Positions 33,269 to 42,299 of a DNA stretch of 42,820 nucleotides are shown piece by piece. This DNA comes from an uncultured bacterium (GTDB lineage: Bacteria > Patescibacteriota > Saccharimonadia > CAILAD01 > BJGX01). The DNA lies in contig CAILAD010000001.1 in NCBI GenBank assembly GCA_903832035.1, positions 1 to 42,820 of the forward strand, in the 5' to 3' direction. Each line of letters starts with the position of its first letter. Within the stretch, counting starts at the first letter, position 1. Made by a program: the position numbers and the translations under genes. Under the pieces are notes generated by a model. The model searched no databases. It had not been told where the DNA came from and saw only the letters and a program-made list of their open reading frames with translations.

Positions 33269-33946
33269 ATGAAAAAGTCATCTCTCAAGAAATACTTACC
33301 TACTATACTTATAGTCTTGGTTATATTAATAGTTGTTGGGTTTGTAGTACGAGCTTTAGTTAGTCCTGATTCTCAACCGGCTCAGACCCAGACCCAGACT
33401 AAAGGTAAGGTAGATATTACAGCACTTAAAAATGGTGGTAGTGTGGGTGATCCCAACAGTAAGGTTGTTATCACTGAGTTTGGTGACTACCAGTGCCCGT
33501 CTTGTGGGTTATGGCATCCATACATCAAAGACACAATCATTCCTCAGTATAGTAACAAGGTACTCTTTGTATTTAAAAATTACCCACTAAAGATGCATAA
33601 AAATGCCCAAGCCGCTGCCCAAGCCGTAGAGTCAGCTAGTCTTCAGGGTAAATTCTGGGAAATGCACAATATGGTCTATGATCACCAGGCAGATTGGTCT
33701 AATTCAAATGACCCGAACTCTGTTTTTGAAAAGTACGCAAGCCAGATCGGCTTAAATGTAGATACCTGGAAGAAGGACAGAGAATCTGATAAAGTCAGGA
33801 ATCTTATTAAAAATGATGTAGCAATCGGAGACCAGCTCGGACTGCCTGGCACCCCCTCATTTCTTATAAACGGTGTACTCCAGCAGCCAAAGAGTTTTGA
33901 GGATTTCAAAAATGCAATCGATCAAGCAATATCGCAATCTCAGTAG
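33269..33946 (+). CDS. membrane-anchored DsbA-family thiol:disulfide oxidoreductase
   Basis: 225 aa. N-terminal TM anchor and thioredoxin fold with a CPSC active site (FGDYQCPSCGLWH). Confidence 0.85.
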   Translation: MKKSSLKKYLPTILIVLVILIVVGFVVRALVSPDSQPAQTQTQTKGKVDITALKNGGSVGDPNSKVVITEFGDYQCPSCGLWHPYIKDTIIPQYSNKVLFVFKNYPLKMHKNAQAAAQAVESASLQGKFWEMHNMVYDHQADWSNSNDPNSVFEKYASQIGLNVDTWKKDRESDKVRNLIKNDVAIGDQLGLPGTPSFLINGVLQQPKSFEDFKNAIDQAISQSQ

Positions 33947-34382
33947 GCCACTACTCGTTGCAGCGGGACTTCTATCAGTAGCCGGTCTGGTTGACTCCTT
34001 ATTTCTTACTGTAACCCACTACACAAATGCCTTAGTGCTATGCAGTCTTACGCACGGGTGCGAAACTGTTCTAAGAAGCAGCTATTCAGAATTTTTTGGA
34101 ATTCCAATTGCAGTATTCGGTATTATTTTCTATCTAGGAGTTCTTGCGACGAGTATTTTTTTTGTACAGAACAAAGAGTATCATGTATGGTTTAGTCTTT
34201 GGGGTGTCATTGGATTTATGTCTACACTATACCTCTTATTTATTCAGGCTATAATACTCCATGCTTTTTGTCAGTATTGCCTGCTTTCTGCAGCTACGTC
34301 TACACTAATTTTTACTACAACAAGCGTGCTATACTTCATACATAACAACAAAGGAGAATATAATGACCAAAAAAAATCATAA
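33912..34382 (+). CDS. vitamin K epoxide reductase (VKOR) family protein
   Basis: Loop Cys pair LCSLTHGC and CQYC in a TM helix, with 4-5 helices. GAGGA 33899-33903 supports ATG 33912; the track start GTG 33873 is the alternative. Overlaps the DsbA-like gene. Confidence 0.8.
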   Translation: MQSIKQYRNLSRPLLVAAGLLSVAGLVDSLFLTVTHYTNALVLCSLTHGCETVLRSSYSEFFGIPIAVFGIIFYLGVLATSIFFVQNKEYHVWFSLWGVIGFMSTLYLLFIQAIILHAFCQYCLLSAATSTLIFTTTSVLYFIHNNKGEYNDQKKS

Positions 34383-34698
34383 CATAATAGAATTTTTCGG
34401 AGAAACATGTCCTCACTGTATTGCTATGAAGCCAGTTATTGAGAATATCGAGAAAGAAAAAGGAATAGAAATAAAGAAGCTTGAAGTATGGAATGATGCA
34501 GACAATCAAGAGGTTATGAAGAAATATGAATCAATAATAAGTGAAGCTTGTGGCGGCTTTTCGGCAGTACCAGCTTTTGTTAATACCAAAACTAATCAAG
34601 CACTTTGCGGAGCCCACGACAAGGAAGATATAATCGCACTTATTAATGGTGAGGATTGTAAGAATAATGTTTGCATGCCACATAGCAAGATAAAATAG
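34363..34698 (+). CDS. thioredoxin-fold protein with CPHC motif and no signal peptide
   Basis: 111 aa with AAGGAG at 34351-34356. FFGETCPHCIAMKP, plus further cysteines (EACGG, ALCGA, DCKNNVC). Confidence 0.75.
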   Translation: MTKKNHNIIEFFGETCPHCIAMKPVIENIEKEKGIEIKKLEVWNDADNQEVMKKYESIISEACGGFSAVPAFVNTKTNQALCGAHDKEDIIALINGEDCKNNVCMPHSKIK

Positions 34699-34723
34699 CA
34701 TAACCCTAAAAAATAATTAATCC

Positions 34724-34752
34724 TTGTTACTAATCTGTTTATTAGATACAAT
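34724..34752 (+). promoter_or_regulatory. sigma70-type promoter of the gap operon
   Basis: TTGTTA 34724-34729, 17-nt spacer, TACAAT 34747-34752. AAGGAG at 34771-34776 precedes ATG 34786. Confidence 0.55.
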
Positions 34753-34785
34753 ATAAGCATAACTATTATCAAGGAGTATTTTAGT

Positions 34786-35814
34786 ATGAGTAAAATAAGA
34801 GTAGCTATAAATGGATTTGGCAGGATTGGTAGAAATGCTTTTAAAATAGCTTTTATTAAACATGATATCGATATTGTAGCCATTAATGACCTCACAGATA
34901 ATGCTACGCTTGCGCACCTGCTCCGCCACGATAGTAACTACGGACACTATAACAAGAAGGTCACTAGTGATGAAAAAAATATCATCGTAGAAGGCAAAAA
35001 GATTGCTGTTTTCGCCGAGAAAGACCCAACTAGATTACCCTGGCAAGAGCTTGATATAGATGTGGTTATTGAGTGTACTGGCTTTTTTACGACAAGAGAA
35101 GGTATGGAGATGCACATTAAGGCTGGTGCCAAGAAGGTAGTTCTTTCGGCTCCAGAAAAACACGATGATGAGGGTCATGAGAAGGATGATACCTTCGTGA
35201 TAGGAGCAAACCACCACTTATTAAAAGACGACCAAAAGACTATTTCTAATGCATCTTGCACGACTAATTGCATAGCCCCAGTAATGGCAATATTGGCTAA
35301 GGAAATTGGTGTCGAGAAGTCTTTAATGACTACAATACATAGCTATACAGCTAGTCAGGCGCTTCAGGATGCACCTAATAAGGATTTGAGAGAAGCCAGA
35401 AATGCGGCAGAGAATATTGTACCAACAACTACTGGGGCTGCCATTGCAGCAGCATTAACTGTTCCAGAGCTACAGGATAATTTTGATGGCTTAAGTATAC
35501 GTGTACCAACGCCGGTAGTTTCACTTAGTGATATCACTTTTATTTCAAATCGTCCGACTACGGTAGAGGAAATAAACTCAATTATAAAAAAAGCTGTTAA
35601 GAGTAGCCACAAGGACATTGTAGATTACACCGAGGATCAGTTAGTTAGTCGAGATTTTATAGGCGATCCACACAGTAGCATAGTAGATCTAGGTTTAACT
35701 AAGGTCGTAGGGGGCAACCTCTGTAAGGTTGTGGCTTGGTACGATAACGAATGGGGTTATTCGAATCGACTTATAGAGATGGTGCAAATGGTCGGAGTAA
35801 ATAATAAGGGGTAG
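34786..35814 (+). CDS. gap: type I glyceraldehyde-3-phosphate dehydrogenase
   Basis: 342 aa. VAINGFGRIGRN, SNASCTTNC catalytic Cys, WYDNEWGYSNR. Confidence 0.95.
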   Translation: MSKIRVAINGFGRIGRNAFKIAFIKHDIDIVAINDLTDNATLAHLLRHDSNYGHYNKKVTSDEKNIIVEGKKIAVFAEKDPTRLPWQELDIDVVIECTGFFTTREGMEMHIKAGAKKVVLSAPEKHDDEGHEKDDTFVIGANHHLLKDDQKTISNASCTTNCIAPVMAILAKEIGVEKSLMTTIHSYTASQALQDAPNKDLREARNAAENIVPTTTGAAIAAALTVPELQDNFDGLSIRVPTPVVSLSDITFISNRPTTVEEINSIIKKAVKSSHKDIVDYTEDQLVSRDFIGDPHSSIVDLGLTKVVGGNLCKVVAWYDNEWGYSNRLIEMVQMVGVNNKG

Positions 35815-35817
35815 TTT

Positions 35818-36270
35818 ATGAACATATATATCGCATCAGATCATGCGGGATTTATTAAAAAACAAGAATTAGCTGAGAAACTTAGCAGGGATTTTTCAGT
35901 GATTGACTTGGGTCCTGAAGATTTAAATCCAGGAGATGACTACCCTATTTTTGCTCAGAGGGTGGCTAATTCAGTGACTAATGAAGAAGGAAGTCTAGGA
36001 ATATTAGTTTGTAAAAGTGGTCAAGGTATGGAGATTGCAGCAAATAAGGTAGATGGGGTACGTGCTGCCTTAGTATGGAATAAACATATTGCCGAAGAAA
36101 CTCGAAGAGATAACGATAGTAATGTGTTGAGTCTACCAAGCGGGGAATTGAGCCTTGATGAAATGTATGAAATATCCAAGACCTTTTTGACAACACAGTT
36201 TTCTAAACAAGATCGACATGTAAGAAGAATAGAAGAAATAAGAGAAATAGAGGATGAAAACAATGGCTAA
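35818..36270 (+). CDS. rpiB: ribose-5-phosphate isomerase B
   Basis: 150 aa. IYIASDHAGF and LVCKSGQGMEIAANK (RpiB/LacAB family). Confidence 0.9.
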   Translation: MNIYIASDHAGFIKKQELAEKLSRDFSVIDLGPEDLNPGDDYPIFAQRVANSVTNEEGSLGILVCKSGQGMEIAANKVDGVRAALVWNKHIAEETRRDNDSNVLSLPSGELSLDEMYEISKTFLTTQFSKQDRHVRRIEEIREIEDENNG

Positions 36271-36898
36271 GATAGTCCCCGCATTATTAGTTAGAACAGT
36301 GGAGGAATATAACTCGACACTACGAAAAGCCAGACAACTCACTAATCGTTTTCATATAGATATTATTGATGGAAAATATGTTGATAATCAAACTATTTCA
36401 CCCCGTGATATCCAAAAGCAAATTGACAATAAGATGGATATGCATCTTATGGTTGAAGATCCAGTTTGGTACGCAAGAGAGTGCGTTAGTCTTAATCCCC
36501 ATATAGTCATTGTTCAATACGAAAGCCCCGGTGACGTAGTGGGCGCTCTTGAGATTATTACAAAAAATGGTTTTAGAGCTGGAATATCTATTAATCCAGA
36601 AACATCAGTCGATACTATAAAAAATATCCTACCCAGTGTTAGTTATGTTCAGATCATGGGCTATCCTGCGGGTTTTGCGGGCACTAAATTTCAGAAGAGT
36701 GTTTTGGAAAAAGTTAAACAGGTAAGATCCTTGGTGCCAAGTATGGAAATTGGCCTAGATGGCGGAGTAAACGACAAGACGATAGGCTTAATTGCTAAGG
36801 CAAATTTTGACGTTATCAATGTAAATTCATTCTTATTTGATAATCCCGAGATGGATTATCTAAGTGCCTACTCTGCGTTATTAGAGAAAGTCATATGA
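36254..36898 (+). CDS. rpe: ribulose-phosphate 3-epimerase-like protein
   Basis: 214 aa. FHIDIIDGKYVDN, DMHLMV and GLDGGVN match the Rpe metal/phosphate-binding motifs. 17-nt overlap with rpiB. Confidence 0.8.
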   Translation: MKTMAKIVPALLVRTVEEYNSTLRKARQLTNRFHIDIIDGKYVDNQTISPRDIQKQIDNKMDMHLMVEDPVWYARECVSLNPHIVIVQYESPGDVVGALEIITKNGFRAGISINPETSVDTIKNILPSVSYVQIMGYPAGFAGTKFQKSVLEKVKQVRSLVPSMEIGLDGGVNDKTIGLIAKANFDVINVNSFLFDNPEMDYLSAYSALLEKVI

Positions 36899-37782
36899 AG
36901 GTATTAAGCCATAAAGAACTTGAATTAAAGGCTGACAATATTCGTCAGGATATATTAAGGATGCTAGCACATGCGGGCAGCGGACATAGCGCAGGTCCTT
37001 TGGGCATGTCAGACATATTTACTGCTCTTTATTTTGGTGGATTAATGAATTACGATCCAAAAAAACCTGAATGGGACCAAAGGGACCGGTTAGTTCTTAG
37101 TAATGGCCATATCAATCCAGTCCTTTATGTTTCAATGGCTCACGCTGGATATTTTACTAGAGAGGAACTTAAGACTCTCAGGAAATTTGGAACTAGATTG
37201 CAGGGTCACCCAGAGAGAGTGCGCCTGCCTGGCCTAGAAAGTACTAGCGGCCCTTTAGGGTCGGGCTTGAGTCAGGCCTCAGGCATGGCCTATGGCCTCA
37301 ATATGGACGGTCAGAAGAACCAACATGTTTTCTGTCTTACTAGTGATGGGGAGCACCAAGAAGGCAATACTTGGGAAGCTATTATGTTTGCTGGCAAAAA
37401 TAGACTGAGAAACCTTACCGCAATAATTGACAGGAATAATATCCAGATAGATGGGTACACCGAAGATATTATGCCGCTTGAACCCCTTGCCATGAAATAC
37501 CAGTCTTTCAATTGGCATGTTATAGAAATTGATGGTCATAATTTCGATGAAATCAGCGGCGCCGTTAACCAGGCAAAGGCTATATTCGAGAAACCTACAT
37601 GTATTATTGCTCATACAGTACCAGGGAAGGGTGTAGATTTTATGGAGTTTGATTACCGTTGGCATGGCATACCGCCAGGTAAACAAGATTTGCCCGGAGA
37701 CCCTAAAGCTAAAGACCAACTTAAAATTGCGCTAAATGAGTTGAGGACACTAAAAGGCAAGATATTGAGTGAGCATGAATGA
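36895..37782 (+). CDS. transketolase, N-terminal (TPP-binding) subunit
   Basis: 295 aa. GSGHSAGPLGMSDIFTALYF, SNGH, GHPE, GPLGSGLSQASGMA, SDGEHQEGNTWEA. ATGA overlap with rpe. Confidence 0.93.
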   Translation: MKVLSHKELELKADNIRQDILRMLAHAGSGHSAGPLGMSDIFTALYFGGLMNYDPKKPEWDQRDRLVLSNGHINPVLYVSMAHAGYFTREELKTLRKFGTRLQGHPERVRLPGLESTSGPLGSGLSQASGMAYGLNMDGQKNQHVFCLTSDGEHQEGNTWEAIMFAGKNRLRNLTAIIDRNNIQIDGYTEDIMPLEPLAMKYQSFNWHVIEIDGHNFDEISGAVNQAKAIFEKPTCIIAHTVPGKGVDFMEFDYRWHGIPPGKQDLPGDPKAKDQLKIALNELRTLKGKILSEHE

Positions 37783-38777
37783 TGGAAATAAATAAAGCAC
37801 TACATCTAGATAATAAAATTTTTACCAGTGATATATCGCAAGAACCGATACGTAAAGGTTTTGGCCAAGGCTTAACAGAGTCTGGCCATACTGATACATC
37901 CATAGTAGCACTCAGCGCTGACCTGACGGAATCGACACAAATGGAGCAATTTAAAGATAACTTTCCAGATAGGTTTATAGAAATAGGGGTGGCTGAGCAG
38001 AATCTTGTCACGGTGGCTTCCGGGCTTGCTGCCGTGGGTAAAAAACCATTCATAACCAGCTATGCAGGATTTTCTCCAGGTAGAAACTGGGAGCAAATAC
38101 GTACTACGGTTTGCCTAAATGATCGTAATGTAAAAATTGTGGGCGCCCATGCTGGAGTTTCTGTGGGTCCCGATGGCGCAACACACCAGATGCTAGAAGA
38201 CATAGCCTTGATGAGAGTACTTCCCAATATGGTAGTAGTGGTTCCATCTGATAGTGTTGAGGCTAGAAAGGCTACTATCCAGTTGGCCAAAACTAACAAA
38301 CCAGCATACATTAGGCTGGCCAGGGATAAGACAGCAGTTTATACTACCGAAAAGACCCCGTTTAGGCTGGGTATTGCTCAGTTACTAATTGAAGGTAGCG
38401 ATATTACTATGGTAGCATGCGGCCCATTAGTCTATGAAGCTATGCTGGCAGCCGAAAGTCTTAGTAAGCAGGGTATATCAGCTGAAGTTATTAATTGTCA
38501 TACAATAAAACCCATTGACGAAACAACTATCTTAAAAAGTGCAAACAAAACACGTGTAGTTATTACGATTGAAGAGGCACAAGTTACTGGTGGGCTTGGT
38601 GGCGCTATCTCTGAACTACTATCCGAAAAGCTCCCGACTAGAGTTTTTAGGATTGGCGTACAAAACAGGTTCGGCCAGTCCGGAACAGTGGCTGAGCTAT
38701 GGAAAGAGTACGGACTAGATAGTATTTCAATCCATAATACGGCAAAGAGCTTAGTGGAAAGTAAGTTAAATGCCTAA
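37779..38777 (+). CDS. transketolase, C-terminal (pyrimidine-binding) subunit
   Basis: 332 aa. FPDRFIEIGVAEQNLVTVASGLA, GPDGATHQMLEDIALMR. 4-nt overlap with the N-terminal subunit gene. Confidence 0.93.
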   Translation: MMEINKALHLDNKIFTSDISQEPIRKGFGQGLTESGHTDTSIVALSADLTESTQMEQFKDNFPDRFIEIGVAEQNLVTVASGLAAVGKKPFITSYAGFSPGRNWEQIRTTVCLNDRNVKIVGAHAGVSVGPDGATHQMLEDIALMRVLPNMVVVVPSDSVEARKATIQLAKTNKPAYIRLARDKTAVYTTEKTPFRLGIAQLLIEGSDITMVACGPLVYEAMLAAESLSKQGISAEVINCHTIKPIDETTILKSANKTRVVITIEEAQVTGGLGGAISELLSEKLPTRVFRIGVQNRFGQSGTVAELWKEYGLDSISIHNTAKSLVESKLNA

Positions 38778-39741
38778 AACAATCGGAGTACTAGGATCTT
38801 CAAATATTGATATATATGTTCTTTCTAAGTTATTTAAAATAAATTATAACGTAGTTTTAAAACAGGGTGTTAATACAGCAATTGAGAGTATAGTTCAGGA
38901 GCCTGGTGGCGATGGACTATTGACTTCAGTTCTCTACGCGCGACAACAAGAAGATGTAACTTTATTTACAAAAACAGGCTCAGACATGCCTGCCAATTTC
39001 ATCGAGATGGTATGTAATGAAGAATCTATATCCCTCGCAACTAACTTCAAAACTACAAAATACCATACTGACTCAACCATCCACTTAATGAACATCAGCA
39101 AAAATGACACCACACTTAGTAGTTATGAGTGTTTTGATAATATATCTAAGAATGATATTAATGAACTGATTTCGAAATCCAAATGGGTACATCTAGCCAA
39201 CATACCGAAATCCAAGCCCATACTATACTATGCTTTGAAGAATTTAATTAGTAGTAATGTAGAACTGGTGGTTAGTCTAGTCTATCCCATTTCTCTACCA
39301 AAGAGGGCGGTGAGTAAATTATTGAAGCAGGCAAAGTTGGTAGTTATAAGTAGAGCGGTAGCAATTAAATTGCTATCCGATGAATCATCTTCGGAACAAT
39401 TAGCATTGGAGCTTCACTCTAAAGGGGCTAGGCACATAGTTATTTATGATACCAGTGGAGATACTGTTTGCATTAATGATGGTTTGGTATTTAGGGCACA
39501 GAAATACACACCTAAACATATAAGTGACATCGGAGGGGTAGATGCGATATTCGCCGCAGGTTATATATATAGCTTTATGAAGTATGGGGATGCCAAAAAA
39601 GCAATTAATTTTGGTCTAAGTCAAGCCAAGTCCGTCATGTCAGTTATTGGCTCTAGGTCAGCAATTCTGAGAAATCCTGTCCTAGAAAAGATAAAAATTT
39701 CGGAGCATAATTTAATGGAGGTAAGTAATGAAGAAAGATAA
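38770..39741 (+). CDS. divergent PfkB/ribokinase-family protein with a degenerate anion-hole motif
   Basis: 323 aa. IGVLGSSNIDIY and PGGDGLLTS resemble the ribokinase N-terminus. The C-terminal motif reads DIGGVDAIFAAGY instead of the canonical DxxGAGD. Confidence 0.7.
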   Translation: MPKTIGVLGSSNIDIYVLSKLFKINYNVVLKQGVNTAIESIVQEPGGDGLLTSVLYARQQEDVTLFTKTGSDMPANFIEMVCNEESISLATNFKTTKYHTDSTIHLMNISKNDTTLSSYECFDNISKNDINELISKSKWVHLANIPKSKPILYYALKNLISSNVELVVSLVYPISLPKRAVSKLLKQAKLVVISRAVAIKLLSDESSSEQLALELHSKGARHIVIYDTSGDTVCINDGLVFRAQKYTPKHISDIGGVDAIFAAGYIYSFMKYGDAKKAINFGLSQAKSVMSVIGSRSAILRNPVLEKIKISEHNLMEVSNEER

Positions 39742-40735
39742 GATTGATATATTATCTATCGGTGATGTAGTCACAGATGCATTTATAGAACTTCTACCAG
39801 CTGAAGCTGAAATAGATAATGATAATAAGCGCCACCCGCTATTGTGCATGACTTACGGAACTAAGATACCATTCAAGGAGGCAATAATAATAAATGGCGT
39901 GGGGAATGCAGCTAATGCTGCAGTGGCCTGTGCAGAAATTGGCCTTAATACTGCATTTATGTCAGACATTGGCGATGATAATGTAGGTCAAGACATACTG
40001 CAGTCACTACACAGCCACAGAGTTTCAACCGAGTTTATTTACACACACCTTGGGTATAAAAGTAACTATCATTATGTATTGTGGTATGGATCAGACAGAA
40101 CTATCCTAATTAAGCATGAAAAATATCCATATCAATGGCCTGAAATAAGAACCTACCAGAAGCCTAGCTGGGTATATCTTACTTCAATCGGGGAGTCGGG
40201 ATCTATAATACACTCGGAGCTATCAAAGTTCCTAGACGAAAATCCTACAACTAAGCTATCTTTCCAGCCAGGTACTTTTCAAATTAGGCAGGGAGTTGAT
40301 AAGTTACAAAAAATATATGCTAGAACTAATATCTTTGTAGCAAACCTTGAAGAATTTCAGCAGATTCTGAACACAGAATCTAAGGATGAGAAAGAACTGA
40401 TAGCAAAAATGCACCAACTTGGGCCGAGAGTGGTTTTGCTTACAGATGGACCAAGGGGAGCTTTTGCATCTGATGGGCTCAAGGTTGTTTTTATGCCACC
40501 ATACCCAGACCCTAAGCCACCACTAGACAGAACCGGCGCGGGGGATTCGTACGCAAGTACATTTACCGCAGCTATAATAAATGGTGAGGACATTGAAACA
40601 GCCTTAGCATGGGCTGGCGCAAACTCTATGAGTGTAGTGCAGGCTATAGGTGCTCAAGCAGGCCTACTAAACAAGCATGAAATTGTGTCTTTACTTAATA
40701 AGGCACCAAGGAGCTATAAAGCAAAGGTAGTATAG
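39728..40735 (+). CDS. PfkB-family carbohydrate kinase (substrate unknown)
   Basis: 335 aa. ILSIGDVVTDAFI N-terminus, NGVGNAANAA, and the canonical DRTGAGDSYASTF motif. Confidence 0.85.
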   Translation: MKKDKIDILSIGDVVTDAFIELLPAEAEIDNDNKRHPLLCMTYGTKIPFKEAIIINGVGNAANAAVACAEIGLNTAFMSDIGDDNVGQDILQSLHSHRVSTEFIYTHLGYKSNYHYVLWYGSDRTILIKHEKYPYQWPEIRTYQKPSWVYLTSIGESGSIIHSELSKFLDENPTTKLSFQPGTFQIRQGVDKLQKIYARTNIFVANLEEFQQILNTESKDEKELIAKMHQLGPRVVLLTDGPRGAFASDGLKVVFMPPYPDPKPPLDRTGAGDSYASTFTAAIINGEDIETALAWAGANSMSVVQAIGAQAGLLNKHEIVSLLNKAPRSYKAKVV

Positions 40736-40743
40736 TTATTAAT

Positions 40744-41667
40744 ATGATTTACGACACTATTATTATAGGAGGGGGTCCCGCAGGTATGACTGCTGGCATA
40801 TATGCCGCCCGAAAAAAGTTAAAAACCCTAATTCTGACTAAGGATATCGGTGGTCAAACCGCATGGAGTAGTGACGTAGAGAACTACCCTGGTTTTACCA
40901 TGATAACTGGAGCTGAATTGGTTGAAAGATTTGAACAACACGTTGAAAAGTTTAAGGATTTTGTGGAATTAAGATTAGTTACTAAGGGTGTTTCAGCTAT
41001 TACCAAATCTGATAAATTATTCACAGTTTCAATCGAGGGTCATAAGTCGGAAAAGAGCAAGACAGTAATTATTGCTGGCGGAAAAGTTCCAAGGTTCTTG
41101 GGCCTAGAAGGTGAGAAAAAATATTTGAATAAAGGCGTGAGCTATTGTTCGTGGTGTGATGGACCCATATTTTCCGGTAAAGACATTGCCATAATCGGGG
41201 GAGGTAATTCTGCTTTGGATGCAACTATAAATTTATCAAAGATTGTAAAGTCTATAGTTATAATCAATATTACAAAAGAATTAACGGGCGACCCAGTGTT
41301 AGTTGATAAAGTTACTACCGCACATAATGTAAGGATACTCAATGATAGTGAGGCGCTTAGCATTAATGGAGATAAATTTGTTAGCTCTGTTACCCTACGA
41401 AATCACGTCGATAAAAAACCAATAACCATAGATGTAGAAGGAGTTTTTATTGAGGCAGGAAGCTTACCAGCTACTAGCTATTTAGAAAATTTTGTAAAGT
41501 TAAATAGACAAGGTGAGATTCGTATAGATAAAAATAATATGACTAGTGTCAAGGGCATATTCGCTGCAGGTGATATTACTCAGATAGAAGAGAAGCAAAT
41601 TATTGTAGCCTCTGCAGAGGGAGCAAAGGCAGCAATTTGCGCAAGCAAATATTTGGCTAGACTGTAG
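40744..41667 (+). CDS. trxB: thioredoxin-disulfide reductase
   Basis: 307 aa. IIIGGGPAGMTAGIYAARK, redox-active CSWCDG, GGGNSALD, FAAGDI. Confidence 0.93.
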   Translation: MIYDTIIIGGGPAGMTAGIYAARKKLKTLILTKDIGGQTAWSSDVENYPGFTMITGAELVERFEQHVEKFKDFVELRLVTKGVSAITKSDKLFTVSIEGHKSEKSKTVIIAGGKVPRFLGLEGEKKYLNKGVSYCSWCDGPIFSGKDIAIIGGGNSALDATINLSKIVKSIVIINITKELTGDPVLVDKVTTAHNVRILNDSEALSINGDKFVSSVTLRNHVDKKPITIDVEGVFIEAGSLPATSYLENFVKLNRQGEIRIDKNNMTSVKGIFAAGDITQIEEKQIIVASAEGAKAAICASKYLARL

Positions 41668-41678
41668 TATTACCTAAA

Positions 41679-41707
41679 TTGACCTCTAAATATATATGGT
41701 CTAAAAT
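41679..41707 (+). promoter_or_regulatory. sigma70-type promoter
   Basis: TTGACC 41679-41684, 17-nt spacer, TAAAAT 41702-41707. AGGAG at 41732-41736 precedes GTG 41743. Confidence 0.55.
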
Positions 41708-41742
41708 AAGAATCTAAGCATAATAATAATCAGGAGAAAAAA

Positions 41743-42282
41743 GTGGACGATAAAAAACAAACTAAAAGCAGTGATTTTCTGCCAGGTAAACCTAGTGTTG
41801 ATGGTATGGCTGCGGTTAGTGTTAGCCCATCTAACTCCACTAATCCAGGTCGCGAGGGTTCGAGTGCCCATGTTATAGATCTAAAAAAGACAGCCCCATC
41901 TATTGTGGACTCCCCTCTACTTAAAGAAGAAAATGAGCTCACAAAGGAAGATGGTGAAAAGGCAGTAAGTCTGAAGGTATCATCCGATCAAGCTAATAAG
42001 TCCGAAGACGCACTACCGGTTGTCGAGAGTGAACCAAGGCCCATAGACCCAAAGAAGCTATCCAGACAAGAATCTGCCACTGAAAACACCGAAGGGGGCG
42101 AGAAGGGTATTAACGATATAAGCCTAGCTCCTGCTAAAGACCAACTAGTTAAAAAACCTGAATCCTCTAATACTAATAAAAAAAGTAAATTAAGAACCAT
42201 TCTAGTAATTACGGGAATAATTGTAGTTATAGCCGTAGCGGTTGTAGCTGTTATAATATTTACGTCAACATCAGGCCAGTAA
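41743..42282 (+). CDS. hypothetical low-complexity protein with a C-terminal transmembrane anchor
   Basis: 179 aa. The first ~145 aa are S/P/K/E-rich, then KKSKLRTILVITGIIVVIAVAVVAVIIF at the extreme C-terminus. Confidence 0.6.
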   Translation: MDDKKQTKSSDFLPGKPSVDGMAAVSVSPSNSTNPGREGSSAHVIDLKKTAPSIVDSPLLKEENELTKEDGEKAVSLKVSSDQANKSEDALPVVESEPRPIDPKKLSRQESATENTEGGEKGINDISLAPAKDQLVKKPESSNTNKKSKLRTILVITGIIVVIAVAVVAVIIFTSTSGQ

Positions 42283-42299
42283 AATAAAGGAGAAAATTT

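Noticed and set aside
32830-33288. 152-aa minus-strand ORF
   Set aside because: It lies antisense to the xth 3' end, the whole of rpmG (a clear L33) and the dsbA-like start. It has no RBS and an implausible composition.
37279-37719. 146-aa minus-strand ORF, together with similar antisense ORFs at 30284-30709, 31271-31633, 5110-5457, 3933-4268, 37721-38053 and 41988-42359
   Set aside because: All lie fully inside strongly supported + strand genes (transketolase, P-type ATPase, obg, CHAP hydrolase). They are shadow ORFs with no independent support.
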